A DNA stretch of 64,000 nucleotides from Lepidodermella squamata (Eukaryota; Animalia; Gastrotricha). Of this stretch, positions 58,976-64,000 are shown piece after piece. Positions within the stretch are counted from its first letter, which is position 1, and each line of letters opens with the position of its first letter. A program made the translations under genes and the position numbers. Where the stretch lies: NCBI GenBank assembly GCA_047495785.1, contig JBLDXI010000029.1:1240001-1304000 (forward strand). Reading direction: 5' to 3'. The notes beneath the pieces are model-generated. The model had not been told where the DNA came from. It saw only the letters and a program-made list of their open reading frames with translations, and did not search any database.

Positions 58976-61309
58976 ATGGTATTTTTAATATTATCAATAT
59001 TTCTTGCCACTTCGGTTATTGATCAGACCGAATCTAGAAAACCATACCGCTTGCGAACCCTTTACCACATCCCATTGTCTCTGAACGCTGGAGATAACAA
59101 GAACAACTGTCGATGGGCCTTTCAAACCGCTTACGATTTCGCGAATAACCGCTCCGATATTCTGCCCGACTATCACCTCGAAGTCGAGTTTCGCGAGGAA
59201 GGACCACAAGGCATGCTGGCAACGTCTACAGGCATCAACTTCATGCGGTCGATGTTGGACTCGGCAGAGCCTGGGCTATACCTAGCCCCACTAACAGTCG
59301 GTGTGTCGCAAACACCAGGCTGCAAGAGTTGGGGAAGCGTTGCGTCCCATGTGAACATGATCATGATAACTTCGACTTGCCTCTCGCCCAGCCAGGCTAA
59401 CCGACGAGATCTATATCCTAACCTATGGCGTATTAAAGCTTCGTCTCAGCTAACGATAATGGCTCGACTGAGCTTTATAAAACAATTCACCCCTTGGAAG
59501 AAAACTGCTGTTGTGTTCCCTGTCTCGGGTAGCTCTTTCGGGTGGGAGGCAGCAAGTTACACACTAGCAGTGAATAATCAATTCGGCCTGGGGGTTCAGA
59601 CGATAGAAGCGAGTTCAGACTTCAACGATGATTTCATGCAGTTGTTCATCAAAAAGGACATCCGAATTATTTCATTTGAAAATATAGACCCAGCCATTTC
59701 AATTGCTTTCCTGTGTCAGGCCCACAAAAACGGAATAAGGGGTGATAAGTACCTCTTCCTAACATTTACAAATGCTTACGTGGACCCTAACGTTGCTCCT
59801 AAAAATCTTTATCCGAAGAATTGCAATATTTCAATTTACAAAGAGCAAGTTGAGCGAGTATTGTATTTTGGTGCCAGTTCTCAACTTCCTATTGGCAATG
59901 ACGGGATAAGCAAGGACTATCTAGGAAACACCATGTCTGAGTTTGATGCTTTCTTCCAATCTAACTTTCCAGTCGATATGAAAATGGCCGATTATCCGAC
60001 CCGATTCACCTGCTACGATGCCGCTTTGCATTCTATCGTGACGCTGGCTGAGGCAGAGAAGCTTTTAAACACCCGGAACTCGACACTCAGGAACTTTAAG
60101 GAAGATCCTCGGAATGTGATGCTCGCTGTTAATCAAAGTATCGGAAATATAAGGTTTAGGAATCAGCAACACGGCTTCTTTCATTACTCAGAGCGAATGG
60201 AGATGGACTATGAAGCTCAGGGGGTCTCAACCTGGTCGCAGCGAACCGGTCTTCGGGCGAGGTATGCCATATCTTTGGAGGAAAACGCCACGACGATCAA
60301 CGACACTTCGTTATTCAAAATACGGGTGATAGCACCTTTCGCGCCGAACTTTTTGCCTAAAGATGCTGCGTTCGAAGAGCAAGTCGACGCCGGTGTTCCA
60401 TTTTCAGCTTTTAGCTTCTTGGCAACAACAGCATGCCTGATTTTAGTCTGTCAAATCAGCGGTATTTCCTACATCCTTTCGCGTGATAAGACTGATCTAT
60501 GGAAAAAATCAGATGACTTTCTTGTAATGCTAAGCTTTCTGGCCTTGGCAGGAGGTTCGATACTTCTCACAACCCCGACCAGGTTGAGAAACACAGCTGT
60601 GTGTGAGGCAAGCATATTCCTCGTAGCTTTAGGCCTATCACTTCTCTACAGCTATCTGGTAGGCCGTTTGAGGTCTGCTTCTAAAGTCTTGCAGCAAAAT
60701 TTGGCTGTCAAACGTCGTGCTCCAGAACCTGAGAGCGACGAGGTTTCATTCGGAATCAGAGTACTCCCTTTCGTGCTTCTAACTTTTGTCATTGTCGTTA
60801 CATGGTTGGCGTCTGATCCTTACCGCGCAGCGCTTGCCAAACCGGAAAATTCCAGGTCATACATTGCTGAAATAGACACTTATGTTGAATCGTATTCTAT
60901 CACTTGCTCGTCAAATTATTCAGGCGAATGGTCTGCATCACTTCTAGCATTGAATCTCGCTCTTCTTGGGTTAGGTGTTACTAACGCTGTGACACTCAAA
61001 GGAAACCGATACTTGCCGTATTTTCCGTTTGTGACGCGTTTAGCTGTGGCTATTGTTTTCTCTTCAACTTTTTTCCTTGCCATGATTGCTGTTGTCTTCA
61101 TGCTGGATTCGGCCAGTGAACAAAATATTGCAGTCGCCGTGGGGTTGCAGATTCAGTCGGGCTTAGTCGCTATTTTGCTTTACGTTAAAGTTGGGAATGG
61201 AGCAGATGCAGCAGGCGATATAATGCCACGACTACCGTCTACGCCAATGCTGATGGGCTTATTCGACGCAGTGAGTCGAAAGCCCACTCATGTAAAAATG
61301 TATATCTAG
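58976..61309 (+). CDS. Class C GPCR, GABA-B-receptor-like, paralogue 4 (intronless, 777 aa)
   Basis: Collinear with the other paralogues; intact ORF. Confidence 0.9.
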   Translation: MVFLILSIFLATSVIDQTESRKPYRLRTLYHIPLSLNAGDNKNNCRWAFQTAYDFANNRSDILPDYHLEVEFREEGPQGMLATSTGINFMRSMLDSAEPGLYLAPLTVGVSQTPGCKSWGSVASHVNMIMITSTCLSPSQANRRDLYPNLWRIKASSQLTIMARLSFIKQFTPWKKTAVVFPVSGSSFGWEAASYTLAVNNQFGLGVQTIEASSDFNDDFMQLFIKKDIRIISFENIDPAISIAFLCQAHKNGIRGDKYLFLTFTNAYVDPNVAPKNLYPKNCNISIYKEQVERVLYFGASSQLPIGNDGISKDYLGNTMSEFDAFFQSNFPVDMKMADYPTRFTCYDAALHSIVTLAEAEKLLNTRNSTLRNFKEDPRNVMLAVNQSIGNIRFRNQQHGFFHYSERMEMDYEAQGVSTWSQRTGLRARYAISLEENATTINDTSLFKIRVIAPFAPNFLPKDAAFEEQVDAGVPFSAFSFLATTACLILVCQISGISYILSRDKTDLWKKSDDFLVMLSFLALAGGSILLTTPTRLRNTAVCEASIFLVALGLSLLYSYLVGRLRSASKVLQQNLAVKRRAPEPESDEVSFGIRVLPFVLLTFVIVVTWLASDPYRAALAKPENSRSYIAEIDTYVESYSITCSSNYSGEWSASLLALNLALLGLGVTNAVTLKGNRYLPYFPFVTRLAVAIVFSSTFFLAMIAVVFMLDSASEQNIAVAVGLQIQSGLVAILLYVKVGNGADAAGDIMPRLPSTPMLMGLFDAVSRKPTHVKMYI

Positions 61310-61344
61310 TGAAAGGAAAATTCCCGGTTTTAAAGCTAAAATTG

Positions 61345-61812
61345 TTTACCTAATATGTATTGTGTAGCAGTAAAGCACGTGAAACTGTTCTTTGATGGAG
61401 TCGACTTCAGCGAAGGCAAGGGCGTCACAAGGCTCAACTTCGAAGGGCTGATCAAGGATGGCTCTAAGGCAGTGGGCTTGCAGATCCGTCTGCTGTTTCC
61501 AGGATGACAAGGGCATGCAGCGCAAGGCAGGCGCTCCATAGGAAACCAAGGACTCTAGAAGGGATTTATACAGAGGAACGAAAGTGCGCTTATCAAGTAT
61601 GTTTTCCAAGGCTCAGATGGATTGAGGTGGATAAGCTAAGAGGCGATAGAAGCATTATCTCAAATGTTTAGGGTGTGAAATTAATCGCAAGCGTTAACAC
61701 CAGGCAACAGTGCTCTTGAGCTTCGATTGAAGCCGGCGAAGAGCAGTGGCAGTGGCGAAGAGCGAACTGCCATAAGCCCAGCTCAGCGAGTTGTCCGCAT
61801 ATTGTTCGAAGG
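61345..61812 (-). mobile_element. Non-LTR RT fragment related to the element at 1-1197
   Basis: YADNSLSWAYGSSL versus YADDALNWAYGKSL; LQAHCLRAILDQPF versus MQANSLRAALDLPY. Confidence 0.8.
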
Positions 61813-61821
61813 AAAATCTTT

Positions 61822-62058
61822 CTTTGATATTTTTAGTTTCATTTTGGTTATTGCAAAGAATCTGAAATTTGATGGAGTGAAACGTGAAACTTGAAGCTAA
61901 GCAGTTGTTCGCTCGTATCAAAGCAAAATTCTCAAAAGATAAACGCATTAACTAAAAGCTGAGAAACGGCCTAGATTAGCTGGCGCTGCTGCTTTTTCAG
62001 CCCAGAGCAATTATGTGAAAGAAGGCCGGCTGTGAGATACTCTCTAAAGGTTTATTGG
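61822..62058 (+). pseudogene. Decayed copy of the last exon of the large membrane-protein gene
   Basis: Aligns to ~31362-31590 including the acceptor; carries indels and stops (TGG>TGA). Confidence 0.8.
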
Positions 62059-62156
62059 GAAAACAAAGTAACATTTCAAAGGAATTGTCAACGGGATGAG
62101 AAGGAAAAATTCAAAATTGAGTTCCGTTAATCCGCTTGGAATCCCGTATAAGCTGG

Positions 62157-62852
62157 TTAAACGGTGATACTCCCCACCACTTGAACGCAGACCGCAGTGT
62201 AAATCTTGCTACCAGTTTTAGCTAACAGGTTCAGCGTTGAATTAGCTTGTAGGCCCTGCATAAAAAATGTCTGGGTTTGAGTGTTTAGCTCAAAACATGA
62301 CTCACCTGGAGCAAAGATTGTGGAATTCCACGCGGAATGCTGTTCGGCAAATTGACTGTTCGACTCTGCGTTACCTGCTGCCCAACAATTAGTGGGCAAG
62401 TGGGGAAGTGGGCACTACAAGGTTTGCCATGGGTGGTGGGGTCATTGTTAAAGGTTCTGGTGATGCCCATTGGCAATATAACGGTCGCTTGCTGGCTAAA
62501 AACTGTCGAAGGGTTGGTCATGTCAGTACCCATCACGGAATCTATTACGGAACAGTTCAAATACTTCTGCTTTGTTGATAAATTAGTTTTTACTCGAGGG
62601 CGTGAGTTTGATCGTGAATGTCATTTGTTGCCCCAGGGTGATCTTACAGTTGACCTGGTTATCTGGACATCCAGAAATTGTTATGCTGTTGACAACAGCC
62701 GCCGTATTCACACCCGCTAAGATGGCATAAATCAGCTAGTCCAGCGACTAGGTAAGCTTCAGAGACTTACGGCAGTTCCTCCACTGAATCGCCAAGGCTG
62801 GCGCAATCAGCAAACCGACGATTGCAGCAATTTGAGTGAGACCAATTGTCAT
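62157..62852 (-). CDS. ML-domain (NPC2/MD-2-like) secreted lipid-binding protein A, 179 aa (exons 62852-62771, 62716-62594, 62541-62306, 62255-62157)
   Basis: Signal peptide MTIGLTQIAAIVGLLIAPALA; WRNC, ITISGC..NCKITLG, PC..TCPLIVG, AVCVQV give the six-Cys ML pattern; GT..AG introns of 50-54 nt, phases 1,1,0. Confidence 0.85.
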
Positions 62853-63086
62853 TTTTACGTCGAAGTTACTAAAAACTTTAGAAAATATCAAAATGCAGCT
62901 GATTCAAAACTGAATGTCTTCAAAAATGAGGCGTAGGCTGATTATAAGCTGGCTAATACTAGTATTACAGGAACAAAGAAGATTTCCCTCATCACGACTT
63001 GTTCAAAAAAACCATTTGTTTATTCAACGAAGTAAAAAGTTGGAAAAGCTAAGCTTTCGTGTGGTAAAAAAACGACCTGCGGACAA

Positions 63087-63703
63087 TCATATTATTTTGA
63101 CGTTAAGAGCTACACATGCAATTTGTTCTCCAAGTTTATCCAACAGAGGAATTGCCGTTGTCATCGAGTCCTGAAAAGCAGAGCTTAGCATTGATACCTT
63201 AAAATTCGACAGCAAACTTACTAGAGGGGTCAGATCTGGAACTGCGAGCCATGTTTTAAAAGTAACTGCAATTTTCGCTCTTAGTGGACAGCTCCGCGGT
63301 GGGAAGAAATCAACGCAAGTTCCATCTTCGGATTTTACGATGAATTCACCATCCTTATTACGAGAGGCCACGGTTCGGAAGAAGACTGTAGAATTCGGAT
63401 ATGTCTTGGCTGAAAAGATTTAATGTTTTGTGGGAGAAGAGGCACTTTATTAGGTGCTAACCAGGGGCTAGGAAAATTTCCACGTCATGTAAAGATCCTC
63501 GCTTTAATTCGCAAACTTCTGTTTGGTCGCAGCCAGAAACTTGCACGGATTTGATGGCAGCTTTTCCTAAAATTTATTTGTCTTAAGCTTCATTTTGGAG
63601 TTTCAGCAAAGCGATAAATACCACATGATGACCAGAATGTCAATCCGACTACGCTACATGGCAGCACGAACGACGAGATCACGCATATTATGGTTAGCTT
63701 CAT
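63087..63703 (-). CDS. ML-domain (NPC2-like) secreted protein B, 152 aa (exons 63703-63622, 63566-63462, 63409-63222, 63170-63087)
   Basis: Signal peptide; WSSCG, VQVSGCDQTEVCELKRG, TC..SCPL, LLDKLGEQIACVALNVKII*; same intron phases and same 82-nt first exon as paralogue A. Confidence 0.88.
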
Positions 63704-64000
63704 ATGATTAATCGAGCTCATGCTCGATTCCCTACAAGTGAAATGAAAATTTCAAATCGTTATTTGAATGAAACACATAACTATGCTCATGCAAGGTCAC
63801 GCTTTTACACTTGCTATCATAATGTTGTACAAGGCTATGTAAATACTAAGCATTTTGCCGGTTGACGTGTTTATAGACTTCGAGCCTCTTTTCTTGCCGC
63901 AGTGTGACGTTATAGTCGGTTGTGAGTTGTAGTCCTGCGAAGGTCTCTATGTTCTAGGAAAATTACGCAACATCAAGCTCAGGCTAAGGAAAATACTGAA

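Overview
Animal (invertebrate) genomic DNA with very short GT-AG introns (~45-60 nt) and dense transposon debris; the species cannot be identified from sequence. Host genes: (i) four intronless GABA-B-like class C GPCR paralogues (+; 6704, 19566, 40055, 58976); (ii) five 2-exon minigenes encoding signal peptide + Q...Y-GRR peptide + short Gly-X-Y collagen (three intact, one with a nonsense codon, one lacking the collagen); (iii) a 17-exon, ~1646-aa single-pass surface protein (25408-31579) whose Thr/Ser stalk is encoded by nine frame-symmetric micro-exons, lying between the arms of a large inverted duplication; (iv) two tandem 4-exon ML/NPC2 genes (-; 62157-63703) only partly visible in the ORF track; (v) a possible C-type lectin pseudogene. 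Mobile DNA: non-LTR fragments (jockey/I-like, CR1, RTE, R2-like), a Gypsy remnant with its LTR, a Sola-type transposon nested in a hAT element, several MITEs, a Ginger-like element, a foldback element, tRNA-derived repeats and a Penelope-type hammerhead motif. Best candidate for an undescribed system: a co-duplicating cluster of pocket-variable class C GPCRs, variable secreted peptide-collagen precursors and NPC2 carriers; function is inference only. Gene models and alignments were done by eye.
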